A DNA stretch of 64,000 bases. Source: Iphione sp. A-MEVVRFRX5 (Eukaryota). The notes under the pieces are model-generated. The model had not been told where the DNA came from and did no database searches. It was given only the letters and a program-made list of their open reading frames with translations. Shown here piece after piece: positions 50,124-64,000 of the stretch (positions are counted from its first letter, which is position 1; each line of letters starts with the position of its first letter). The DNA is taken from positions 68,448,001 to 68,512,000 of the forward strand of contig OZ320318.1 of assembly GCA_976226885.1 (NCBI GenBank), in the 5' to 3' direction. The translations under genes were made by a program, and so were the position numbers.

Positions 50124-53081
50124 CATGGTGCAATTAGGGTTTGGTAGGGTATAAGTGCACACGAACGAGGGCCATAGCCGCACTCTGTTGGCTGACGTGT
50201 GTAAATTTGCACAGGATCAGATCACGTATAAACACCCCCCCCCCCCAGCGTTCGGTAAGCCTCTTCGAGTCTAAAATAGCACAGCCGTCCGGCTACTCGA
50301 TAAAACATCACACTGAACTATAAAGCCAAAAAACAGCCACTGATTGGTTGATAGAAACATCAGCACTATCGCAGATGGCACTTTCCCTACCGAACGTTGT
50401 AGATATCACACTCTTGCCAGGACTATCCACGTTGCTTTTCCACTACTGTTCATTTTACGATTGTTATAAAGTTATTAAACAGAAGAAAACGTTTCGCTCT
50501 TATGCGCACTTCTGATATGCACGGGTGTCGTGCCTACATTCATATTTAAGTACGCATGTCTGTAAAACCCCACCGTTAGTGTGGCTTTTTCAAGCCACTT
50601 ACATATGCACGAGGTCGCATTTTGATTGATTAAAAATATGAACACAACTCTCACAAGCTACATGGGTATGCCACTGGCAAGGGACTCTGGAAAGATTGGT
50701 TCTCAGGCCTCTCACGCCCTTGTCTCCACATGATATTTAAAAATGGTATGGTATGGTGACCAAATTGACGCCATCGAGAACACACACACGTTCATGGCAG
50801 AAAAAAGAGCAACACGTTTGTCCTTTTGCGGGCCAAGAACAGTACCCTTTTATCATAAGATTTATCTGCCCTTGTTATGAAAGGCATGATATCACTTCCT
50901 TTCTCTATATTAACTTGATCCTATTGCCAAAGTATCGTTTTTCTCTTATAATTCATCATGGACAAAAATAATAAGTATTTGAAACTGACTCTCACGCAAT
51001 ATTTGAAGGAAGTTACTTGACAGGTGAGGTTCATGTCTCTCTTAATCACGCACTAGTTTAACTTATACTTTTTCTGTACAGCATGTTGTGTGCAGCAAAA
51101 AGCAACATCCGTTCTTATATTAGATGCGTAAAGCAGTTGGATGTATTTATTGTTTTAGCGGCTTATTTCTTGTAGTGCATGCCAGGTGTGTTTGTGCCTT
51201 TAATATGCTGGGGACAAATATTTAGCATTTAGTAAATATTAGATATCAAGAATAATTGAACAGGGAGAGAAATAATATTCTCATGAATCTTCGCTGTAAA
51301 TAGGGGAGAACAAGCAGCGTTGGAATACAAAAGGAGCTGAGTTTTTTTTTAAAGGAGCCTGTTTTTAATTTCTTGAGCTAGTCCTAATGCGGGTAGAAAT
51401 TGGCAAACCAACGATAGACAGAATTTCAATAGGATCCAAATTTCTCCCCAACATGTGATTATTTGACAAGAAGTGACATAAAGCCTCTTTTGTTCATACC
51501 TGCCACTCCGGTTCGTCAACTGAAGCCGAGTAGACATGACTATATTTTTATGTTTATCCCAGGCAGAAATCTACCCTCCGTTTTCTTTCCCGGCGAGGTA
51601 ACCCTCCGGATTAAGGACAGAACGTAGGCCGATATGCCGCTGTCTGCGTACATTTTGCATGCTGTCATGGTCGGCTTGTTGTTGACAGTGCTGGCTGTTG
51701 GTCGATCTTCCGGAGGGTTAATATGACAAGGACGCGTGGTAGGAGGGAGGGGCATAGATAGCTTAGAAGCAATGGGTGTGGCAGCCGCGGGTAAGGAGGA
51801 GCAGGGAGGGGCCGCCCGTGGTAGTGTTGGCAAACGCTGGGACTGAATGCATTTCCGCTCTCCGTCCAATACCTGGGTATGTTTCAATTACTTTGTGTAC
51901 ACCGCACCGCACACCAAGACTACTGTGCTATACCTTGTGCAGCCACGGCGACCACTCTCTTAGTATGACACGACCCTCATCTATATGTATGAGTGCGCCT
52001 TGGTGTAGCTGCAAGTGCTGAGTTGACAACTCGGTATAGATTCTACATCCTTGGGACAGGATGACGCTAACAGTAACAGACACCCAAGCAAACACCGTCC
52101 AATAATAGTATGCTGTCCAGGAAAACAAATAGATGTCGTCATTACTTCAGCTATATGTGGACTTATTTGGGCGTGTTGCTCAACGAAGCAATCATCGTTT
52201 AACTATTTATTTGGTGTTTGAGGATTAACACTGGGCACTTAATGGATGAGACTATGATGCATGACTTTAGTTTCATGGAAGACAATAACTGGTGTGGGCA
52301 AATTGTTTTACAAAAAACAGCGATTCCTTATCGTGAGAAATACCTATAACTCTTACAGCAATTAGGATCAACCATGCATAAGGCAAATGTTAATGAGTGT
52401 GAACAACTCCCTTAAAAACCAAGGGCATTAAAAAAATTTAAATGCGAAGGTTTTTATCATCTGTGAATCATTGCATTTTAGGTGTTTCTTCCATTTATCA
52501 TATTTCATTTTCCATTACCGGGGGCACCGGGACGAGCTGCTCCGCCCACTGCCGGCATCAATTAGCGTGCGAGCAACTCAATACAAGCTCTGCATACAGA
52601 TATCCCCTTGTAAAGCCGCTGACACGTTTGCGGCGATCAGGTCGTCTCTACACACGACAGGATGATGTCACAAAATGACAGGCGCCATAAAGGGGCCAGC
52701 ATTAAGTCTGGGCCCTGAGGTGGGTTCCCTGCGCGTCGACCACAGGTCGCCCGACGTCTCTTACAAAGGGTCAGTCCGGCCAGGTCTGCGAAGAGCTGAC
52801 CCAATGTTGATTCTCATCCGATAGCCGAGAGGATGCATGTTACGAAAGGCCAGCGCTCAATTTGTGTATCCCTCTGCTGTATACTTACTTAACCCTGGGA
52901 CTGGCATGGGGTTAATATGAGGCTCATCGTGCATGTGCATCTATAATTGACGGATATAGCCACGAGGAATATGTAGGGATATGCATAGACGATGTACTGA
53001 GAATTGATTAATCGAAATGAAACCTACTCCTAATTATATATCCAGTCACATAGTTTACATGGTTCTGTTCACAATTTGGTG

Positions 53082-53156
53082 AGGCCCCCCAAAATCGGTG
53101 TGTTTTTAGTAACCCACCCCTACCTCGTAAAACCTCATCCTACCTTAAAAAAAATT
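53082..53156 (+). mobile_element. Truncated left end of the 5840-6186 MITE family
   Basis: AGGCCCCCCAAAATCGGTGTGTTTTTAGTAACCCACCCCTACCTCGTAAAACCTCATCCTACCTTAAA aligns to 5840-5910. Confidence 0.8.
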
Positions 53157-56100
53157 CGATTATCGTTGACAGCAGGGCCTATGTTTGTAGTGATGGATCA
53201 TGAGTCAATGTACCCTCAAGTTTTCTTTCATGGCTTCGCTTATCCACCAAGTCCGACGACAGTAGAAGGCTTATGACAAGAAACGTATTTCGTAGTCTTC
53301 CTTAACAAACACTGTTTCCATAAAATCTTCGCCACTTGAACTCCTTCGGTGCCGAAGATGTGTTAGCCCTTCGAACCATCTAAGCAAATTCCCTGCCCAC
53401 AATCGTCTCCCTCAAGTATTTACACGGAATTCTTATTCTTTATTAAAAGCCACAGAAATAAGTGTTGACAGTGCGAAGGAAAGAAAGCAGTATCGAGTTG
53501 AAGAGGGAAGGTTTCCGGACTGCCACAATAACCTTTGCAGCCAGATTCCCCATCCAATATTGACGGTCATGGTATCTCGACAACCGGCCTCGGGGTCAAC
53601 ATTTTGCTTAGCTCTAAGAGGTCGCTGTGCGCTACGGTGTAGGTGCATAGGCTGATGTAGCAAGGATGAGATTTCGTAGACCGCATGTTCGTGTGTATGT
53701 GTGTATTTTTCTATGTGAATTGATGGTGACTGAGTTTCAATTTTCATGTACATGTATTCCCTTTTTTGGTCGCCTTTCGGTTCTATCTTCTCTTCAAACA
53801 AGCATCCGTGCCTGTGTATATTGAAACATGTCCCAGTGTGCAGGCACAGACCCGTGAGGTGAAAATGGAAGACTGGAACTTTGCACTTCCTTCCATGTAT
53901 GCGTATTTCCAACAAACGAAATGCACATTTCTGTGATTTTGACCCAATCAACGACGAGCCGGACATAGACACACATAGGAATTAAGCCTATGCATGAACC
54001 TGCCCCATTGAGCCAAGCCTTTGTATCCAAACACCATAAACCCTCATAGTATTGCACTGTTTTGTCTGTATCTACATCGCCAGTAAAAGGCAAGGATTTC
54101 GTGGCGGAAAAGTCTCACAATAACAAGGAATGACACCCTGAAAAGAAACCGGTCCTACACGGCCCCAAGAATCGATTCGCAGATATGATGAAATGGCTGT
54201 GTCACTGCGCCAAGATGTCCAAACAGGCCAGAGCTTCTGCAGCACCGCTGAGGTGGGAGATGGCAGTGATAGGAGACATTAGCAAAAGCCGGATACGACT
54301 GGTTTCCTAGACGGTCAGTGCTTTGCTTTTCAGTAGTTGAACCAGTGGGCCTTGATGGCAGTAATATCATTTCTGCTGCCTCTTTCACGGGGTAGAGTTT
54401 TGCTTTTAGATAGTTACTTCTCTACTCCATGGGTGGTTACATGGTTGTAACAACTTCTCATTACACCATATTTCTAATGGCTGCAGGAAGTCGAAATCAA
54501 AAGTTCTTCTGTTTAATGGTTTCTTCCTACAAGCTTTCTCGGACTAATATGATCTAAGTGAAGTTACCTCTTATTTAGTCCACAGTAGTAGTGTGCTCTC
54601 TGTATATTTATACCTGTGCCTCTGTGGGATGTTTAATTAATTTGGCCTGTCTACTGTATATGAATAGGCTTCTTTTTTAAAGGTACAAAAGTATATATGA
54701 TCATAGAATACCTGCAAATGGGAATGTCTCGTTCAGTGAAAATATTGTTTGTTTGTGGTACTCAACGAGAATATAAATACCATTGCATGATCTTAAAAGT
54801 ACATTTCTATATTAATGCGATAGTTTTATCCTACAGCATAATCTGGCTGCGAAAGAGAATTGTGCAAATGCACGTGTATACGTTTTTAAATAATTACTGA
54901 AGACTTTAATCCTTGGAACTGTAGTTCTTCATGTCAACCTCAAATAACAGTCACGGTTCTTTCATTGCCTTTTTTTGCCGAGGCTAGGGAAGGCATTATC
55001 ATGCATGGTCGAGTGCCATTTGTTGGTTGCCTGCCGTATTCAAGGTAAAAGTATACTCTGGTGGTGCCTGACAAAAAGGTAAAGAGAGAATTGTAGTGTA
55101 TAGCAGGTGGCGGCATTGAACTCGTCCCCTGGAGTCCGATCAGGAGACTTTCTTTTATGCACGGCTGGCATTCTGATCCCCACGGACCGGACCCCCACCA
55201 TGTTGATCCTTATCTTGGAGTCAATTCCCGACCATTTGTTTCCCTATCGGTCGGTCGACCGAGGAAGATTGGTAGAGTGGAAAGGGTGAGGGGGAAGTCG
55301 AAGGAGGCTTTTCCTTCAGTTGCAGCCACCCTTGGCGGGCGAAGCGTACCAGGGCCCATGGGATCAGATAGGGCATCCTCCAACGTCAGGGGATGGCCGC
55401 CACCGTGAAGACGTCGAGGTTTCAGATCACGCCCGCCTCCAGGAAGTAATTTATCTACCTTCCTCCTAACGCCTGCGTCACTGGCCCAACCCTCCTTCTC
55501 TTTCGTCGATTGCTGACCCACACCAAGGTGCCTCCCACTGCTTTCCTTTGCATGATGTCCTTTGGTCAAGTGAGCGCCCGGTGTCGCTTCCAGCACACCC
55601 AGAACGTGACAAATCGACAATGAACTCATGGCCTCTTTGGTTATCTAAATGCTGCAAGCATATGGCAGTCAGGCCTGCGGCCAACAGACGTGGTGTGAAA
55701 GGATCAAACGGCTAACAAGTAGATGAGCGGAGGAAAGTGATACTGGTAAATGATAGGGGAGATGGCTTTATAGCCGGGGCTGGAGGCGAATATCCCCAGC
55801 TATCGCCACAGGTCACTACCACTAGTCACCCCTAGTTACCACTTTTTTATCCCTTGCTGCTGGAGCGCATACATTACCCGTATCCGCCCAGGAAGGCATT
55901 GATTGTGGATTGTGATGGATCTACTGACAGTAGGACGTGGGAGTAGAAAAAATTCGCCCGCAGTCTGCGAGGGGCATTCATGGTTCTGTGCCAAGTCAGT
56001 CTTGTTCTGTGACTGTGGGACGCTAGGATGGCGTAGTAAATGTAACAACTAGACGCCCGTTGCCTTGGGCGGTTAAAAGGTGAGGTTATATTAGTCGCTA

Positions 56101-56851
56101 CTACCTTGGTCATCTCGGTACTTGCGCAAAATACTCCGGTCATCCCTCGCGTGGCCGTGGGGAGCAGCTCGTAGGCCTGCTGCCCGGGCAACTGCTGCTA
56201 ACACACAACCAGTGAGCTAGCCGATAGGGCCAAGGGGTCGGGGCGTCTGATCTACCGGGTGGGCAGGATTAGGTGGACGGCGAGCCCCTGTGACTGCAGG
56301 CGGCTCACCGATCCATACATCATCACAGAGGCAGCGGTCAAGTGTTCTTTCAGCAGCCATTTGGTCCTAAAGCTCTGCTGCCTGGCAGCACTGCATCTGT
56401 TTGAGGTCACTCGGGGTTAATCAGCACCAACTCACCGCCTTGGCTTTCACAGCTTGCGAGCAATCAGGGGTGCAGAGTTTCAACTGCTCGACTAACTCGA
56501 GGGCCGGCGGTCGACTCCGAGCCTTCACCTAAATACTTTGCCCCTCTAGGGGTTTGCGTCCAGTGAACAGTTTGAATGGGGCCTTCGCCCAAGGGAGCCA
56601 TAGTGAAAAAAGGAACGATTTTCACTCCCGAGGCTTGATGATATTATCATTGCATCAAAAAAGGACGGATGCTTGACAATGTCTGTATCTCTGAGGATTT
56701 TGTGAGGTAAGAGAAACCGTTGGCATCGAGTTTGCAGCAGACGAGAAGAATATATAGACATAGATACTTTTTTACAGCGATGATAAAGGAGGCTTGTTGG
56801 CGACTTCAAGGCACTGCGATGTATCATTTTATGTGTACATGTATACAAATA

Positions 56852-57000
56852 CAGTGGAACTCCTTTATACGGACACCTTCTAACCAGGGCATCTCCCCTT
56901 ATGGACAATCAAGAGATGGTACCAAGTCTGCTGAGCAATGTTTAAATACCTTTACGTTTCCGAGCATCCCTGTTTATGGACAAATTTTTATCAGTCTCCT
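56852..57000 (+). mobile_element. Left end of a Tc1/pogo-type MITE; right end not found
   Basis: TA|CAGTGGAACTCC start like the 26197 element, with repeated (TA)TGGACA/CGGACA sub-terminal motifs. Confidence 0.55.
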
Positions 57001-57749
57001 TCTTGCCTTTAATTGAGATATTCCACAGGATACACTGCGCTGTTCTTTTTTTCCACGAAGGAAGAAATTCGAGAGTGGAGGTTTGGTTCAGTTGTCTTAG
57101 AACGTACTGGCACATGCCCTGGAGGTCGCATATATACTGGACACCAATGTTGATTTCCGTGACAGACTCGGGGGATGCGAGGCTTCGCCAGGTTTAGCCA
57201 ATGGTCTCAGCAGGGACCCACCAACTCTGCCACTATGGCTGCGCTGGCGACACAGTGTCCGCTTCCGGCAGATTTAGGACACGAGAAATCCAATTTCGGA
57301 GGAGGTAGTGCACGCGACTCGACGAGCCGTCAGCAACAGGCAATGTTTCCAGCGTCAGCCACTGGATGGCCATTACACAGGCGACTCAGTGCCTTAAGTG
57401 CATGGCGCGCAATGGCCAGAGACAGGCGTGCACTGAGCGGCAAAGCCACTAGGAAGGCAGGACGCTGACATGCAAAGGGCGTGGGGCTCCGCAGACCGTC
57501 ATTGTATGGTCATATTACACCCACTACGGTGTTAACATTCTGCCCTTCGCTTCTATTCAAACAGGTTGTCCATTACGTATTCTTTTTTTCCCTATATTCC
57601 ATAATACTCCTTCTTCCGTATGTTCTTCTTTTGTAGCGGCGGTTCTCAAGGTAATATCTTTTTATTCCCAGCTTGACAGCCATTCTCCAGGGAACCATTG
57701 AGTTAAGCGTGGCTAGTCGGCGCTCTGAACGATATTGCTATTCACCTTG

Positions 57750-58010
57750 TGAAAAAGGTTCGCAATACATCAGAGGGTATAAACGTTTTAAATTCAAAAT
57801 GACGTTCACTCTCTTATTTGTTCATCAGTTCTCTAAAAACGTTATTTTCTCTTTGTCTGATTGACTAAGTTTTTCGGGTACAAGAAAATAACAATGATTG
57901 ACCCCAAATACCTAAACATGTGCCTATTCATTGAGGAAAGTTGTCTTTCATTTGTATCATCTCTGTTCGTATGTATAACCTCTGTTCTCCTTCTCTCTCG
58001 TCGTATTTTT
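57750..58010 (-). mobile_element. Possible degenerate RTE-like non-LTR reverse transcriptase remnant
   Basis: RRTEVI...MFRYLGSII (57916-57899) resembles KTKVM...FxYLGSxI. LMYCE downstream in another frame resembles LLYGCE. Confidence 0.35.
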
Positions 58011-61000
58011 GTCTGTTTCTGGGAAGTGCAATATCCTCTATGAATTCTTTGTGAGCCTTTTTTTCGTCTGAGTGCTGATGTCAGTCTTTTTCCGTCTACA
58101 TGCATGCCTTGAAGTCAGGTGCAGGCTAGCGCCGCTGCAGTGTGTTTTGCTATTTTTTATTTTTCATAGCGGAGAATAGAATAGAACGGAGGCTTAAATC
58201 AAATATAGTGGAGATGAGTTATCAGACGAAGGATTCTGGTGCATTACGGGTGTGTGGCCCCTTTGGAAGTGAAAAGCCCTTATTGATGTATTAGTGGAGC
58301 GAGGGTCCTTCTATCAGAACCTCATCCATCATCTAACAAGACATGTAGCAATTCATCAATATTCAACCGACCGGGCCTGGTATTGGGCTTCTAGGGGAAG
58401 GGGGCGGTCCTCTCCAGAGTCGATAGCGCCACGGAACAGCTACAAATTAAAAAAAAGAAAATATTTATCTATATTCCAGAACACCTTTTTTGCCGTTATC
58501 ATTGGTGCACGGTCAAAGGTGCGTGTAATGTAGAACAGTAAGGTGGGCCGAGGAGTGTATCGTTCTAGATTTAATGAGGGTGGGTAGGATATATGTACAC
58601 TTCATGATTCAATGAAATGGGAATACCGACGTTTTTGATTATTCTGTTAAAGAGGGGAGAGGGAAGCGGGCTTCTTGTACAATTTGCATTCTCCCTACCG
58701 TTACGACTCACACTACCCCATCCACTATGATTAGTTTAATTGTTATCAGCTGGTTTAATAAATCTGCTTCCCGGTCGTGAATGTAACTCGGTGAAATGAC
58801 TATTAGATAGAGATATACTGAAAACAATAATGCACTTACACGGAATCCCGTTACCTAGTGGGAAGATAAGGTTGACCTCCTTTTGACACAATATGTTGTA
58901 AGGACCACTTGAGGGCTATCGGCGCTCACTGGAGGGTGTCTCTTCGTAAAGATGCCGGGTAGGACATATAGATTTACCTAGGCGAAAACAGTTCAAAGAC
59001 CTGGGGCACTCGGTCGCCGATCGCGCGGTAATTATATACTTAATAGGAGAGGGCTCGAGCCGGTAGTAATCTGCCAGCCCTCTTTCCGTGTGGATAGAGA
59101 TAAGCCAGCCTGTGGGCTAACGTACGACATCATTAGGTAAGCCAGAGACGGTAGGCCTTTTATCAACCCTACGCCATCGCGTCTAGTCAGCATAATGTAG
59201 TGTCCAGTTAACGTCGCCGCCCTCGAGTTATGGTAACTTGCAGACAGCATGATAAATTGTCTACGCCAGTAGAGGGAAGGCATGGGGTAGGGAGGGAGGT
59301 GTAAAGCAAGGAGGGAAGGGGGGGGAGGAGCGGGGCGGGGGACATGCTGCTGCAGAAGTCGACGGTCGATGCCCCCAAGGAATGAGGTCCAGGGAAAGTG
59401 TTGCGAGCGGCTGGGAAAGCCCTCAAGTAAGGGTTAGATGGAGAGCTACCGGCGGCGGAGACCATATCAACGCCATAACAGGAATCAATTTGGAATTATT
59501 GCCGACGACTAATGTATGGAGCTAGCGGCGTGCTCGTGTAGATATGCAGGGCCTCCAGGTGAACAGTGGTGAATCATTGATCAGCGCTTCTCAGCGTCGA
59601 AAATGCAAGGTCTTAGAAACTCGAAAATAAGGCAGTCAGAAAGGAGGGTGTGACTGCATGGGGATTTCAGGGAGAGGAAGATGGCAGCGGCAACCGCAGG
59701 AAAAAGGAAAACAAAACAATGGAGGACATCCGAGAATGATAAACTACACATATACATTGGAATCTCCTCATTACGGACAGTTAAAGGACTATGGGAATAG
59801 TGATGGCATTGAGACCTTTCTGAAGTGTATGACACCTATTTCAATTTGTATTTCTATTTACTGGTAGACTTTTAGTACAGGGCGTCATGCTCACCCTAAA
59901 CCGGAAGTACAGATAGTATTGGGTCGAACCTGCGCCCTGAATCTAATGAATATTAATACCATGACTAGTCCCAGGTTTAAAGATGCTTTTGAGACCTTGA
60001 AAGTATAGGAGAGTCATGGCTAACCAAATTAGAACTGATTACAAACTGTCCAGAAAGATAGATGCCTGGAATAGAATAGGTATTTCAAACACGGATTTTA
60101 AATCTCTTGACTGTTGCTATGTGAGATATTTTGATTAGACGGCGTCTGGGTAAAGAGACTCTACTGTACATGCATGTTTCCTTTACCTATCAAATGACAC
60201 ATTGTTGTGGAAATATTTCATCTTTTTGTTGTTTATTATTGTGTTCTACTAGACATGTCTGCCTGTCATACGATGCACATATCCGTGTCTTGCATCCTGG
60301 GACACGTTTCAATATGAATAAACACAATGCTGCATGTTGCTGAATGAACCTCCCAACCCCTCCCCATGCACTCATCCACTCACCACCTCGAACTCTTGAA
60401 AAAAAAAGCCGATTGGTTCTGCCCGTAGCCAGCCAGGATCGACTCCGAGATGAAGGACAGCTGCTGGCGACTGGCTCACGTCCGGCCAGGAAAGACAGTC
60501 ACCCCCCTCCCTCCCGCCCGCCTACCCAACCACGAGCCATATTATAGGCAGCCAATTGGCTGGACATGGACCGAACCCAACGATTCGTCAGCGACGTTGC
60601 CGACGCGCCCCTTAGTGCGGGCAACACACACGAAATGCTGTTTCAACGTCAGACTTCTTAACGAGATATCATAAAGTTTGGAACCTGTTTTCATATTTAA
60701 TGTATGCTAGACATCTTTTTAACATGGTAATTATGGGGTGAGGGAACGTGGCTATAGCTTTCTCGGCTTCCATATTGAGAGTGGCAGAGCGATGTGGACC
60801 CTCGCTCTTCTAAATGAGAGACATTCACAGGTAGAGGTACTCAAATGCTCTCCATATCTTAATCACTATTCCCTCACATAGCAAACAATTCACGGTTACA
60901 TCGTCTGCTATTAAAACACATTACCCACCAAAACTGTATGTCCTAGCGCCTGAGCGATTTTGAGGCCGCTCGATGCAAAACTAAGCACATCTCAGCCCAG

Positions 61001-63684
61001 TTCTAATGAGGAGCCCTAGCTTCGAATCCTAACCAATGCCGACACCGACCTATCGGCCGATACCGCTTCCTAATCTTCTCGGGCCGCCCGCCAGGCGATG
61101 CCGCTGTGATTTACGCCTCCTGCCTCGCGAGCAGCGACGCGTGCGAGGACAGATGGAGATTTTATAGCCTCGATCCGCCGCTCGCCATCTCGCCCCTTGG
61201 TCGCCGCGACACCCAAGGTGTTGCCACCAGCCATCTCATTTTTTAACCCGCCCACTGACTGAAGACGCACTGGCGCCGGTGGTTGACAACTGATCGCTGG
61301 CTATCGACCCGGGATGCTGCCTCCTGCGTATTTGTTGATTGCTGACTTCTGAATGCATTCTGGCTGCTGAATTTTTATTGACTGCTGAACGAGGATTTTT
61401 TGTTTACGCATGTCCCTTTACTCTTGCTTAATTCTTGATTTTCATTGTCCTAGCGGCTGTAGGAATGAAAAGAAGGCTCTTCTGAAGGGGGTTGATTTCA
61501 ATATATGGGTGGTTTATTGTCGGTGATAGCAACATTATTAACAATTGGCTGAACATTTCTGCCATTTTTACATTGTACACGTGATCACACTGCCCTTGTT
61601 GTTATGAAGCATTGTGCACATTATTGCAAGGACGCGCAATTTAAATCTATATGGGAATGTCTCAACGACGTAAATAAAGCATGATATTGAACTGTTGGAG
61701 AAGGTATTGCACACAACACATTCCGAGTGTGCAAAAATATCGCATAACGTTAGGATTTAAGCTGATATGTTATCAATATGTGAACTGAGAGCCCAGATAA
61801 TGTAAATTCAACCACAAGCTTGAAACAGGAATTGTGACCAAAAAGATAATGGTGTTAGTAAAGGGACTACAGACAAAGGCAATTTCTGGAAGACTGATGC
61901 CCCCAGGTTCCTACCTGTGGTATGCGTAAGCGATGCCAGGCGATGAAAGGCCGTTAATATCTGTGGATGGACGCCATTGAGGTCACACCAACAGGGACGG
62001 GATGAGGTAGCAAAGTATAGGTTAGACCGTATACCATGGGACTAAAGCTTGGACAGATGAGTTTATTTAAATGTGGTTATAGGAAGGAAGGAAGGAATGT
62101 TACCAAGACGGCACGAATAGGAAAGGGAATCCTCCCGGGTAGGAGAATACAGAAAAGAATGGCGCTGCAGCAAAGGCGGCCAGACCAGGTTTAGGTGAAG
62201 CTGCTTGGTTGCTATATGAAGGGTAGAGATGACGGGACGCTCTCGTTGGACGGCGCCTGCACGGGTCCGGATCCACTGCTGGTAGCAGGTCTGTATATCA
62301 AGAACGGCATAGCCATTAACTAGCGGTGCCATCAGGCGAGTGTAAACTGTTCCTCGCCGCTAGACAGGCGTTTTGCATTAGCCAGCTACTGCTGGATAAA
62401 AGCAGCGTGCTGCAGGTAATTGGCGTCTTCTGCAACTAGAGAAAAGACAATAACACCAGCAAAAAGTGGCCAGATGGACAAGAAGACAAACCAAGGGTAG
62501 GAGAGAGGGTGTGAGCAACGAATGCAACGCTCGCCAGGGGGACCAGCATTGAAATTGTCCTAATAGGATGTTTGCTTGGTCTCGAGAAATTTAATATTTC
62601 CCTAGTGACATCAATTGCCAATGGGAAGAAACATCCATTTGAGATAAATGATTTTTCGACTGATTAACATTTTGGCTGAGAGAGAAACATTTATTTACCG
62701 TACGATGTTTTGATGTGTAACACACTGTGAGTAAGGGCCCGGCAACCCTCGAACCGAGCACGGTTCCTAAAATATGGCCGTCACATGGCATTTTCCTTCA
62801 GTTTCTATGGTATTCTCTTCCAAAAGTTCTGAACGAAACAAAGACTCGGCAAAGAATTCATCAGATTGTAAACAATATGTTACGTAGCGAAGGCATTGAA
62901 CACAATCAGTATACATGTACTCTTATTCATACAATTAATTGTAATCTTTTCGTGTAATCTTTCCTTCGTGGTATAAAGCTCATGGACATTTTCCTTGGCA
63001 CTTACATGTAGCATGTTTTGTGTGGAAATTTCTTTCTTACTTGTCAACACATCTACCTGGGAAGCATGTTTCCTTAAATCCAATATCTAGAAGTGTGCGG
63101 AACGCAACAAAAGTCTCTTATACTTTGAACATGAACTGTCAAAAAAAAGTCAGGTCTTTTGGGGGTAGGTATGAGAGGAACTACTACCAACATGAAGCAT
63201 AGCCCATTAGGCTCTCACTCTTTGTTCACTTGTAGATATTTCCTCGAGCTGCTCAGCGGGAAGAGCACTCACCGCAGAGCCAATCGACTGCAAAGCATCT
63301 TTGTATCTGTATCACGAGGAGCCTTAGGGGTTGTCTTCTCCATGATTACATCCATGGCAACCTCTTTGCCAGACTGTGTGGATTTGGGCAAAGCTTCACA
63401 GAAATGGGGCGTGTACGGGCACAATTAACTACACACCTGAGTGACAAACACATCTTCCACACCACTTCCATGTATGTGCAACCCAACCTTCATATTACCG
63501 GGTGATCACTAGCAGCTTAGTCCAATTATCTCGCATGCTTCAGTAACGAAAGCAAACGGGGCAACAAATTATACATATGTTTTATATTTTCTAGAAATAG
63601 GTATAAATTGTCTAGTTCTTTGCGAATATAAATGCTTATACTTCCTAAGCCTGAACGGTCCTAACAACAAAGTGCCCTGGCGAT

Positions 63685-63722
63685 TGAGCATGACCGATTT
63701 CCGAGTACTCAGTACTCGAGGA
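63685..63722. repeat. CGAGTACTC(A)GTACTCGAG palindromic motif, possible DNA-transposon subterminal remnant
   Basis: GCATGACCGATTTCCGAGTACTCAGTACTCGAGG; no partner end found. Confidence 0.25.
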
Positions 63723-64000
63723 CATGTTGAATAGTTGAATAGTTTATTTCACTTCTCGGTAGTACAATATATTGAGCTCTTCCGGCGAAGTAAATTGAAC
63801 AAGTGAGGGAGGAAGAATGAGTGGGTTAACGTTAAACATGTAAGAAACAAGAGGTAAACGGTAGTTGAGCACAAAGAAAATAATAAAGAAAACCTAGGTA
63901 CGAAATGCAGAGTGGATGTAATCTAAATAAAATAACAACATCAAACAAGTAATGACAACATAACCATGAAAAATAGTACTTGACAAACAAAAAAAGCAAG

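Noticed and set aside
53433-53972. Longest ORF outside the element (179 aa)
   Set aside because: GTG start, includes a CA-type microsatellite remnant, and has no recognisable motif or exon boundaries

Overview
Eukaryotic (animal) genomic DNA, mostly non-coding, with one 136-N assembly gap. The frequent TACATGTA motif, CT microsatellites and short GT-AG introns suggest a marine invertebrate such as a lancelet, but the host cannot be proven from sequence alone. The main feature is a decayed, internally deleted Maverick/Polinton (adintovirus-like) element at about 11.2-19.4 kb. On the + strand it carries a four-exon zinc-finger/pPolB N-terminal gene that breaks at the Exo-I motif and is joined directly to a nearly complete double-jelly-roll major capsid pseudogene, followed by an adenain-type cysteine protease pseudogene. 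On the - strand it carries a 63-aa-repeat ORF, a spliced type-I-membrane glycoprotein-like pseudogene missed by the ORF track, and a large spliced gene of unknown function with a duplicated CGHV motif. Five short spliceosomal introns can be reconstructed. No integrase, ATPase, penton or TIRs were found. The rest of the window has a probable signal-peptide first exon at 1.86 kb, several non-autonomous DNA transposons (piggyBac-like, Tc1/pogo-like, and one with ~30-bp TIRs), weak LINE remnants, microsatellites and GC-rich non-coding islands. Most ORFs in the supplied track look spurious.
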